A DNA stretch of 64,000 nucleotides from Ignavibacteriales bacterium (lineage in GTDB: Bacteria > Bacteroidota > Ignavibacteria > UBA10030), in NCBI GenBank assembly GCA_016186715.1, contig JACPLA010000074.1, positions 6,452-70,451 of the forward strand. Reading direction: 5' to 3'. This document shows positions 19,827-27,467 of the stretch, one piece after another. The position numbers and the translations under genes are program-made. The notes below the pieces were generated by a model. The model was given only the letters and a program-made list of their open reading frames with translations, had not been told where the DNA came from and searched no databases. Every line of letters begins with the position of its first letter. Within the stretch, counting starts at the first letter, position 1.

Positions 19827-20996
19827 TTACACAAACGCAGGGATCCCGGTAATATCTTCGCCGATAATCAGCGTGTGCATCTCATGGGTCCCTTCGTACG
19901 TCTTGACCGATTCAAGGTTGGCGCTGTGGCGCATCACGGGATATTCATCGAGGATACCGTTGGCGCCGAGGATTTCGCGCGCCATCCGCGCAATCTCCAG
20001 AGCGTGATGCACATTATTGCGCTTTGCAAGTGAGATCTGCGTAAACTTTGCTTTGTTCTGATCTTTCAGGCGGCCAAGCCGCACACACAGCAGCTGAGCC
20101 TTGGTGATTTCGGTCAGCATATACACAAGTTTTTCCTGGGTCATCTGAAAAGCGGCAATCGGTTTGTCGAATTGAATCCGCGACTTCGCGTAACGAAGGG
20201 CCGTATCATAGCAAGCCATGGCCGATCCAATCGTGCCCCAGGCGATCCCATACCGGGCCTGTGTTAAACACATCAGCGGAGACTTCAATCCCCCGGACTT
20301 TTGAAGGATGTTCTGCTCAGGGATACGGCAATCCTGAAACACAAGCTCGGAAGTGACCGAGGATCGGAGCGAATGCTTTCCCGTCATTTCAGGAGCTGTG
20401 TATCCTTTGGTTCCTTTCTCCACCAGGAATCCCTTGATTTCACCGTTGAGCTTTGCCCACACGACAGCGATGTCGGCAATCGTGCCGTTTGTGATCCACA
20501 TCTTGGCCCCGTTCAGCACATATCCATCCTTGACTTTTTCAGCACGAGTGATCATCCCCCCCGGATTCGACCCGAAGTCGGGTTCGGTAAGTCCAAAACA
20601 TCCGACGGCCTTCCCCGAGGCCAATTGCGGCAGCCAGTTATCCTTCTGCTCCTCAGAACCAAAAGCAAAAATCGGGTACATCACAAGACCGCTTTGAACG
20701 GATGCAAAACTCCGCAATCCGCTGTCGCCACGCTCCAGCTCCTGCATGACAAGCCCATACGCAACATTGTTCATACCGGCGCATCCGTATTTCTCCGGAA
20801 GCGTGGAACCGAAGAGGCCGAGCTCCGCCATCTTCGGAATCAGGTCCATTGGGAATGTCCCTTCGCGGTAATGTTTTTCGATGATCGGGATTACGTTCTC
20901 ATCAACAAATTCACGAATCGTGTTCCGAACGAGGATCTCATCTTCAGAAAGCAAGTCGTCCGAATTGTAGTAGTCAACACCTTGGAACTTAGGCAT
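19827..20996 (-). CDS. gcdH: acyl-CoA dehydrogenase, glutaryl-CoA dehydrogenase-like
   Basis: 389 aa ACAD. The N-terminus (DYYNSDDLLSEDE) and FGLTEPDFGSNPGGM, YEGTHEMHTLIIG resemble GCDH. Subfamily call is by eye only. Confidence 0.8.
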   Translation of the reverse strand: MPKFQGVDYYNSDDLLSEDEILVRNTIREFVDENVIPIIEKHYREGTFPMDLIPKMAELGLFGSTLPEKYGCAGMNNVAYGLVMQELERGDSGLRSFASVQSGLVMYPIFAFGSEEQKDNWLPQLASGKAVGCFGLTEPDFGSNPGGMITRAEKVKDGYVLNGAKMWITNGTIADIAVVWAKLNGEIKGFLVEKGTKGYTAPEMTGKHSLRSSVTSELVFQDCRIPEQNILQKSGGLKSPLMCLTQARYGIAWGTIGSAMACYDTALRYAKSRIQFDKPIAAFQMTQEKLVYMLTEITKAQLLCVRLGRLKDQNKAKFTQISLAKRNNVHHALEIARMAREILGANGILDEYPVMRHSANLESVKTYEGTHEMHTLIIGEDITGIPAFV

Positions 20997-21062
20997 GAAT
21001 TCTTCCTCTGGCGGGGGTCGAGGTGTATAGTTTTCAAAACAGAAGAGCGGGAAAGCTTAGTA

Positions 21063-21091
21063 AAATTATCCAAAAAAGGGCGGAAAGTCAA
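21063..21091 (-). promoter_or_regulatory. possible sigma70-type promoter for gcdH
   Basis: Minus strand reads TTGACT (21086..21091), then GATAAT after a 15-nt spacer or TAATTT after 17 nt, about 65 nt upstream of ATG 20996. Confidence 0.3.
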
Positions 21092-21547
21092 ATCAGAATT
21101 TTGCGAGGGGCAAGGGCGAGGCGTGGGACTTTCGTGAAAGGTGAAACGTAAAATGTTGTCTAACACGGAAGATCGATGCTGTTCACTTCCTCCGTCTTTT
21201 ACACACAGGGCATTTGCAGGTCCATCAAATGTCATCCTTCTCTTCCGGAAGATCCGTCGAGGTACCTTCACGGTAACAATGTCCGCCGTCTTTCCACGGA
21301 GGCTGCAATTGGAAGATCGACAATCGATTTGTTATGCCGATCAACGGGTTGAAAAGGATCGGGAAGCATCGAAGAGTCGGTGCTCTTTGCGTCCCAACCA
21401 GGGAGACCGGTGAAGTGTGAGGAAGGAAAGAGCCGAGAAATGGACGGAACACGAATTCCGGGGTCAAAGGAGGTTTCGATTTCGAGGGGAGAAACCGGAT
21501 TACCGCCGCTCACGATTCACCCTTCACCAAATGGCTCTGCTCCAGGC

Positions 21548-21601
21548 AAAAAAAGAGCCAGCTTCTCAGGAAACCCACCACAGGCTCCCGATGGCTGGCT
21601 C
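21548..21601 (-). terminator. intrinsic terminator downstream of the sigma54 regulator gene
   Basis: Minus strand reads GAGCCAGC...(inner TCGGGA/TCCTGA helix)...GCTGGCTC followed by TTTTTTT (A7 at 21548..21554 on plus). Confidence 0.45.
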
Positions 21602-21714
21602 ATCATGAAGGAGGTAAGTTGCGTTACCCTCTTTATATACTCCCGAATGGGAAAAAAGTTGCTTCCGGTTGCGGCAAATGAACGATTTTTAATTCGCAAA
21701 AAAGGAGGGGGGAC

Positions 21715-23115
21715 TCAGGACTCGGTCTTGATTCCATATTTCTTGATCTTCAGATAGAGCGTCTTGGGAGTGATTCCAAGCACTTGAGCCGATTTGACCC
21801 TGTTGAATGCGTGATGTTGGAGAACCTTCTCAATATGAATCTTTTCCAGTTGTTCGAGGGAAAGCAGTTCCCCTTGCCCGTTCACAGGGCTTTCCGCTGT
21901 GCCACCTCCGGTCCTGACGGGCTCGCTCGGAGGCTCCCCGGCGGCTAAGGCGGCGTTCACCCATAAATCCTTTGGTTCAATCGTCTCTCCCTGCGACAGG
22001 ACAGTTGCCCCTTCGATCACATGCTCGAGCTCACGAACATTCCCTGGCCAATCATAACGCATGAGCAGATCCAATGCAGCAGAAGCGATCCTTTTGGGTC
22101 TGGTCTTCGATTTGCGCGTCAGAAAGTATTCCACCAACAATGGAATGTCTTCCTTCCTGTCCTTGAGCGGTGGTATTTTGATTGTGACAATGTTAAGACG
22201 ATAGAGCAAATCTTCGCGGAACCGTCCCCCCGTCACTTCTTCCTGCAGGCGTTTGTTGGTCGCTGAAACGACCCGGACATCGACTTTCATTGAGGCCGTC
22301 CCGCCGACGCGTCGGAATTCGCCGGTCTCAAGGAACCTGAGAAGCTTCGGCTGGGTCATGGGACTAATGTCTCCCACCTCGTCGAGAAACAGAGTTCCGC
22401 TGTTTGCGACCTCGACAAGTCCCTGTTTCGTCGCGTAGGCATTCGTGAATGACCCTTTTTCGTGCCCGAAAAGTTCACTTTCAAGGAGCTGATCCGGAAT
22501 CGATGCACAATTCACCGCCACAAATGGTCTGTCTTTCCGCTGGCTTTCCTGATGCAGCATATGAGCAATCAGCTCCTTGCCCGTACCGCTTGCGCCCTGA
22601 ATCAGGACAAAAGCATCGCTCCCGGCAACCTTCTTCACATTGACCACAACCTCCCTCATCGCGCTGCTGTTCCCGATGAGTGCAGACGGCCCGCTTACCC
22701 TGATGAGCTCTTTCTTCATGATTTCTTTGTCAATCATGAGTTGTCGACGCTCAATGGCTCTGCGAACCGTTGCCCGAAGCTGCTCCGATTCGTACGGTTT
22801 GCTGATGAAATCGTACGCTCCCAGCTTCACCGTCTCAAACGCGGTTTTCATATCGACGACATTTGTCAGCATGATCACCTGGGTGGTAGGAGAATACTCC
22901 TTCACGAACTTGAGAACCTCTATTCCCCCGACGCGAGGCATCTTAATATCCAGAAGCATAACGTCATAGAGTTTCGACTGAACCAGATTGATGGCTTCGG
23001 TCCCGTTCTGGGCAATATCGACGTCGAAGTCGTGGAGATCTTCAAATTCGGTTTTCAGAAGGAATGTGATCGACTCCTCATCGTCAACGATGAGAAGCTG
23101 ATATTTCTTGGGCAT
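21715..23115 (-). CDS. sigma-54-dependent response regulator (REC + AAA+ + HTH)
   Basis: Start MPKKYQLLIVDDEE at 23115; the ORF-track extension to 23178 is rejected. LLDIKMPRVGG, Walker A GASGTGKE, GHEKGSFTNA, WPGNVRELEH, C-terminal HTH (FNRVKSAQVLGITPKTLYLKIKKYGI). Confidence 0.9.
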   Translation of the reverse strand: MPKKYQLLIVDDEESITFLLKTEFEDLHDFDVDIAQNGTEAINLVQSKLYDVMLLDIKMPRVGGIEVLKFVKEYSPTTQVIMLTNVVDMKTAFETVKLGAYDFISKPYESEQLRATVRRAIERRQLMIDKEIMKKELIRVSGPSALIGNSSAMREVVVNVKKVAGSDAFVLIQGASGTGKELIAHMLHQESQRKDRPFVAVNCASIPDQLLESELFGHEKGSFTNAYATKQGLVEVANSGTLFLDEVGDISPMTQPKLLRFLETGEFRRVGGTASMKVDVRVVSATNKRLQEEVTGGRFREDLLYRLNIVTIKIPPLKDRKEDIPLLVEYFLTRKSKTRPKRIASAALDLLMRYDWPGNVRELEHVIEGATVLSQGETIEPKDLWVNAALAAGEPPSEPVRTGGGTAESPVNGQGELLSLEQLEKIHIEKVLQHHAFNRVKSAQVLGITPKTLYLKIKKYGIKTES

Positions 23116-23126
23116 GGGGATGGTGA

Positions 23127-23200
23127 TTGAATGGTTAATTAGGTTAAAGAGGAACCAGCTCAGTATCCATTTAACCATTCAACTGGTTAACTCGTTAACC
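23127..23200. repeat. inverted repeats built from GGTTAA/TTAACC hexamers
   Basis: TTGAATGGTTAA (23127..23138) and TTAACCATTCAA (23171..23182) form a perfect 12-bp inverted repeat. GGTTAAC-TC-GTTAACC lies at 23185..23200. There are five GGTTAA/TTAACC copies in 74 bp. Confidence 0.7.
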
Positions 23201-23203
23201 GAC

Positions 23204-23575
23204 CTAGCTAGTTCCCAGGACTCTTTCGACGGTGGTAAGGAGATCGACGAGATCGTAGGGCTTGCTGACGAAATCCTCCGCCCCGAGCTTTTTCGATTCA
23301 ATAGCGTTCTTCAGATCGGCAAAGCCCGTCAGCATGATGACCTTCGTGGAGGGTTGTTGCTGTTTCACATACTTCAAAACCTCAAATCCATCGACATTGG
23401 GCATTTTGATGTCCAGGAGGATTAAATGAAACTGCTGCGAGTCCAGAATCTTGATCGCCTCCTTGCCATCACCGGCGGTGCTGACCTGATACCCCTCCCC
23501 TTCAAGCTCGGAACTTAGCACGGTCCGAAGGGCTTCCTCGTCGTCGACGACCAGGATCTTGTTTTTTACCGCCAT
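23204..23575 (-). CDS. single-domain response regulator (CheY-like receiver)
   Basis: 123 aa. KILVVDDEE, LILLDIKMPNVDG, VIMLTG, FVSKPY. It is a paralogue of the receiver domain of the downstream sigma54 regulator. Confidence 0.9.
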   Translation of the reverse strand: MAVKNKILVVDDEEALRTVLSSELEGEGYQVSTAGDGKEAIKILDSQQFHLILLDIKMPNVDGFEVLKYVKQQQPSTKVIMLTGFADLKNAIESKKLGAEDFVSKPYDLVDLLTTVERVLGTS

Positions 23576-23677
23576 GGATAGAGCTCCTGAAATACCGGTT
23601 TCGTTCTCAGAGAGAAGCGCATTTGAAGCTTTCGTGAGAGGATTTTCGGCCTGTTATATAGACAAAAACAGATAGAA

Positions 23678-24466
23678 ATGCAACCGGAAAGATTGACCGA
23701 TTCCCCCGTATTCTTCACCCGAATTGCAAGTCAACGGAACAAGAGGTACCTTTGTTCCGTGGGTCCAACTCCTGCCATCCCGTCTCACAAACTTATCACC
23801 GTCCTTCTGGTCGACGAGGACATCACATTCGTGAAAGTGGCTCAACACCACCTTCAAAACTTTCAGGGACGTGAATTCAAGCTTATCTGGAAAGATCGCG
23901 TCGAGGACGCACTGAACGAAGTCAAGACCAATAAGAACATCGATATCATTTTGACTGACTACAACCTCCCGGGCGCCAACGGCCTTGAATTCTGCCTTCA
24001 GTTGAACGCACTGAACAGCGAGATCCCGATCGTCTTTGCCACGGTCACACGCGATTTCCGGCTGGCCGTCGACGCGATGAAGCTCGGGGTCGAGGACTTT
24101 CTCGTCAAGGAAGACATTTCCGAGCTCCTGCTCCCGAAAACCATGATTAATTCTCTGGAAAAAGCCCGTACGCGCAAACAGATCCAGGCGGTGGAGAAGA
24201 GGATGCTCATCGCGGAAAAACGGGCGGAAGCGATCAGGGAGTTGGTTGTCACTGTATGTCACGAGTTCAACAATCCTCTTGCCGCCATCAAGATCAGCGC
24301 CGATCTCCTGTCCCGCCAATTCACACGTGATGAAAAGGCGATGTTGGAAAAATTCGAGCAGAACTTTTCGAAAATCGAACGGGAAATCAGGCGGCTACGC
24401 GATATTAACTTCGAACGGATCAACCCTGCTGAAATTCAAGCAAAGAACGAGAATGCATCCGGATGA
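23678..24466 (+). CDS. receiver domain fused to a HisKA/DHp phosphoacceptor domain, with no HATPase_c domain
   Basis: REC motifs ITVLLVDED, IILTDYNLPGANG, EDFLVKE. H-box VCHEFNNPLAAIKISADLL follows. The protein ends about 60 aa later without N/G1/G2 boxes. Confidence 0.8.
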   Translation: MQPERLTDSPVFFTRIASQRNKRYLCSVGPTPAIPSHKLITVLLVDEDITFVKVAQHHLQNFQGREFKLIWKDRVEDALNEVKTNKNIDIILTDYNLPGANGLEFCLQLNALNSEIPIVFATVTRDFRLAVDAMKLGVEDFLVKEDISELLLPKTMINSLEKARTRKQIQAVEKRMLIAEKRAEAIRELVVTVCHEFNNPLAAIKISADLLSRQFTRDEKAMLEKFEQNFSKIEREIRRLRDINFERINPAEIQAKNENASG

Positions 24467-24645
24467 GCGGGTAGTGGTGCAAAGCACCATAACCGATGAG
24501 AGCATGATCTTGCTTTTTTTGTCCATTTTCAGTACATTAAGAGTCCGATAAAAGTATGGAGTGATCAAATACAGGCGATGCCCTTCTACGAAAGGCCAAA
24601 AGACAACGTCTCAGCCCGTTCCCGTGCCCCCAGAGTTTCCGCCAC

Positions 24646-24677
24646 GTGTCCCGCCCACCAAGCGGGACACTTTTTTT
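24646..24677 (+). terminator. strong intrinsic terminator 13 nt upstream of the nif3 start
   Basis: GTGTCCCGC (24646..24654), loop CCACCAA, GCGGGACAC (24662..24670), then TTTTTTT (24671..24677). Confidence 0.7.
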
Positions 24678-24690
24678 ATGTCCCCGGCGT

Positions 24691-25797
24691 ATGACCGTTG
24701 CCGACTTTGCACATATCCTCGAGCAGTGGGCGCCGAGATGGATTGCGTGGGAGCGGGACAACGTCGGATTACAGGTGGGCGAACGAGGCCGGGTTCTGCG
24801 CCGGATTCATCTCTGCCTTGACGTCACCAAGACCGTCGTCGAGGAGGCGGTAAGAAAAAAAGCGGATCTTATTTTCTCTCACCACCCGCTGCTGTTCCGA
24901 CGGCCTGCATCGATCACCGATTCCGACGAAGTGGGCAATCTCATTCTCTTGCTTGCGCGGAAGAACATTGCCGTTTATTCGGCTCACACGAACCTCGACT
25001 TCACCCGTGGTGGAGTGAGTTTCGCTCTCGCAGACGTCCTCGGCCTCGAAAACGTCCGGTTTCTGTCACCGCTCAAAGACCTGCTGGTGAAGATTGCAGT
25101 CTTTGTTCCGGATTCTCACCTCGATGCTGTCCTCGACGCGATGGCAGACGCCGGGGCCGGAACAATCGGAGAGTATTCTCACTGCTCTTTTCAGCTAAGA
25201 GGAAAGGGAACGTTTCGGGGATCGGAAGCTACGAACCCCTTTTTGGGGAGGGCCGGAGTCCTGGAAACGGCGGAGGAGACAAGATTGGAAATGATTCTTC
25301 CCCGCGCAAGAGTGCCGACGGTGGTCGGAGCGATGAAAGGGGCTCACCCGTACGAAGAAGTTGCCTACGATGTGTACGCGCTTGAGAACGAAAGCACGGA
25401 GTACGGCGCAGGCGCCATCGGAGAGCTCCCGTCTCCGGTCCGACTCGGGTCATTCCTGAAAAAATCCAAGGAAGCCCTCTCGGCCGAGAGTTTTCGGTTC
25501 AGCGGGGAGAAGAATTCAAAAGTTCGCAGAGTTGCAGTCTGTGGTGGAAGCGGATCGGACCTGCTGCCGGCTGCGATGCAGGCTGAAGCCGATGTGTTTG
25601 TGACCGCCGACATCCGGTATCATACCTATCATGATGCACAGGGGCGGATTTCACTTGTCGACGCGGGACATTGGGAAACAGAGCAGATAATCCTCCCCGT
25701 CGTCGCCCGCCGCCTGCGTGAGGAATTCAAGAACCGCGGCGAGCAAATCGAGATTTCACAGACGAGCCTGCGTACAAGTCCTATTCATAGTTATTGA
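24691..25797 (+). CDS. Nif3-like dinuclear metal centre protein (GTP cyclohydrolase 1 type 2 homologue, YqfO/YbgI family)
   Basis: MTVADFAHILEQWAP...DNVGLQVG, SHHPLLF, YSAHTNLD, and an inserted PII-like domain. ATG 24691 is preferred to the ORF-track start at 24646, which runs through the terminator. Confidence 0.88.
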   Translation: MTVADFAHILEQWAPRWIAWERDNVGLQVGERGRVLRRIHLCLDVTKTVVEEAVRKKADLIFSHHPLLFRRPASITDSDEVGNLILLLARKNIAVYSAHTNLDFTRGGVSFALADVLGLENVRFLSPLKDLLVKIAVFVPDSHLDAVLDAMADAGAGTIGEYSHCSFQLRGKGTFRGSEATNPFLGRAGVLETAEETRLEMILPRARVPTVVGAMKGAHPYEEVAYDVYALENESTEYGAGAIGELPSPVRLGSFLKKSKEALSAESFRFSGEKNSKVRRVAVCGGSGSDLLPAAMQAEADVFVTADIRYHTYHDAQGRISLVDAGHWETEQIILPVVARRLREEFKNRGEQIEISQTSLRTSPIHSY

Positions 25798-25812
25798 CAG
25801 AAGGAGTACGAG

Positions 25813-26541
25813 TTGGAAAATCGTTTGCGATTGCTGTATTCGTTGCAACAAGTTGATTCCGGACTGGACGATTTGAGAGAAATGAAGGGAGACCTTCCCC
25901 ATCTTGTTGAAGAACTGAAGGAAGAAATCAAGGCCAAAGAGGATGCACGAAAGAATTCCGAGATCTTCATCAAGGAGTCAGTCGTTAAACGGGATTCCCT
26001 TGATGTGGAAATCCTCGCCCTGAAACAGAATATCGAAAAGTATAAGAGTCAGCAATTCCAGGTAAAAACCAACAGGCAATACGACGCCCTCTCGCGGGAG
26101 ATCGACACGGCCCAGGAAAAAATCATCAAACTTGAGAAAGAGATGGAGATCCTGGAGGGAAAGGTGGAGATGGCTAAGCAAGATCTGGTTGCAATGGGCC
26201 CGGAGCTGGAAAGTCTCAACAAGGACTTGAGGGACAAAGAAGCCGAGTTGGAACTCGTGAACAAGGAACATGAAGAAGAGGACCTCAGGTTGAATCACGA
26301 ACGGGAGAAACTTGTCGTGCGCCTTGACAAAGGCGATTTGCGCACGTATGAACGGATCCGCCAGGCCAAAGACGGAAAAGCGGTGGTCCCGGTAAGGCGC
26401 AATGCCTGCGGAGGCTGCTACAAACGGGTCCCGCCTCAGACCGTGCTGGAACTCAGGAAGAACTCAAGGGTGATCACATGCGAATACTGCGGCCGGGTCC
26501 TTGTTTCCGATGAGATTGTCAACAGCGCAACGCCCGCATGA
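25813..26541 (+). CDS. coiled-coil C4 zinc-ribbon protein (COG1579-type, common nif3 neighbour)
   Basis: TTG start 6 nt after AAGGAG. A long coiled coil, then CGGCYKRVPPQ...CEYCGRVL zinc ribbon. Confidence 0.8.
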   Translation: MENRLRLLYSLQQVDSGLDDLREMKGDLPHLVEELKEEIKAKEDARKNSEIFIKESVVKRDSLDVEILALKQNIEKYKSQQFQVKTNRQYDALSREIDTAQEKIIKLEKEMEILEGKVEMAKQDLVAMGPELESLNKDLRDKEAELELVNKEHEEEDLRLNHEREKLVVRLDKGDLRTYERIRQAKDGKAVVPVRRNACGGCYKRVPPQTVLELRKNSRVITCEYCGRVLVSDEIVNSATPA

Positions 26542-26969
26542 CGCTGACTGCCTACACCGACGGGGCCTCGCGGGGGAACCCCGGGGAAGGGGGAATCGGA
26601 ATCATGATGAAAGATGGGAGCGGAAACGTCGTCGCCTCCTTCTCCGACTATGTGGGCAGAACAACCAACAATCAGGCGGAGTATCTTGCGCTCCTGGCTT
26701 GTCTTCGACTCGCCCTGGAAACAAAATGCACCCGTCTCGTTGTTTACTCAGATAGCGAGCTGATGGTCAGACAAGTTCAGGGAACATACAAGGTGAAAGA
26801 CGCCGATCTGAAAAGCTATTTTACCAAAATACAGAAAATTCTCGGTTCAGCGCCCTTCACGTTTGAGATCAAACACATTACACGCGAGGAGAACAGGCAT
26901 GCAGACGAGCTTGCCAACCGGGGGATTAATCTCCGACGCCGCGTCAATGATCCAATAGAGCTTAATTAA
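26538..26969 (+). CDS. rnhA: ribonuclease H (RNase HI family)
   Basis: YTDGASRGNPGEGGIG, NNQAEYLALLACL, SDSELMV, ENRHADELAN cover the DEDD catalytic positions. Confidence 0.85.
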   Translation: MTLTAYTDGASRGNPGEGGIGIMMKDGSGNVVASFSDYVGRTTNNQAEYLALLACLRLALETKCTRLVVYSDSELMVRQVQGTYKVKDADLKSYFTKIQKILGSAPFTFEIKHITREENRHADELANRGINLRRRVNDPIELN

Positions 26970-26979
26970 CGTTACTCAA

Positions 26980-27427
26980 GGCAGGAGCGGCGTCAGGCGG
27001 TCGCTCCGATGTCACAATCGGGGAGGAAAGTCCGAACACCACAGGGCAGGGTGCCCGGCAAAGTCAACTTTAGGGTGGGCTAAGCCGGGGTCTCATGGGC
27101 AATATCCCATGGGAACGGAAAGTGTCACAGAGAACAGACATCCCTCTTACCTGCCTGCCGATTTACCTGCTATGCTGTTCGGCGGGAAGGCGGGCCGGAG
27201 GAGAGATACCGGTGAAACGGTGGTGTAAGAGACCACCGCTCTGACAGTAATGTCGGAGGCCTGATAAACCCCACCCGGTGCAAGACCATGTAAGTCACGC
27301 CTCAGGTTGCCCGCCTGGTTCCGCCTTGGGCGGATGCGTGATGGGTAGGTCGCTGAGAGAAATGGCCGCCTCTCTCCGTCTTTGACGGAGGAAGACAGAA
27401 TTCGGCTTACCGACGCCTCCTCCTGCC
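26980..27427 (+). ncRNA. rnpB: RNase P RNA, bacterial class A
   Basis: GGAGGAAAGTCCGAACACCACAGGGCAGGGTGCC (P4 5' strand), CACAGAGAACAGAC, GGTGAAACGGTGGTGTAAGAGACCACC, GATAAACCCCACCCGGTGCAAGACC, ACAGAATTCGGCTTAC (P4 3' strand). P1 pairs GGCAGGAG.CGGCGTC with GACGCCTCCTCCTGCC. The ends are approximate. Confidence 0.9.
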
Positions 27428-27467
27428 TTGTGTAACACACCGTTCACCTGCCATTCGCCTTCGGCGA

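Noticed and set aside
21385-21395. Minus-strand GGGACGCAAAG, identical to an 11-nt stretch of c-di-GMP-I (GEMM) riboswitches.
   Set aside because: The GGCAAA tetraloop-receptor hairpin and the second hairpin of the motif are not present around it, so this is probably chance.
21401-21415. GGGAGACCGGTGAAG, reminiscent of the 5' core of cobalamin riboswitches.
   Set aside because: No B12 box (GCCACTG-like) or matching helices follow, and there is no plus-strand gene downstream for it to regulate.
21421-21434. GGAAGGAAAGAGCC, resembling the SRP RNA helix-8 core GGAAGGAAGCAGCC.
   Set aside because: The preceding bases cannot close the GGAA tetraloop (GA instead of CC), and no complementary 5' or 3' arm is seen.
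23585-23600. GG-N10-GC spacing (CGGTATTTCAGGAGCT, minus strand) upstream of the CheY-like gene as a sigma54 promoter.
   Set aside because: Only the GG/GC dinucleotides match, the flanking consensus bases do not, and it sits about 9 nt from the ATG. That is too close for a promoter, and the GGAG is more likely the RBS.
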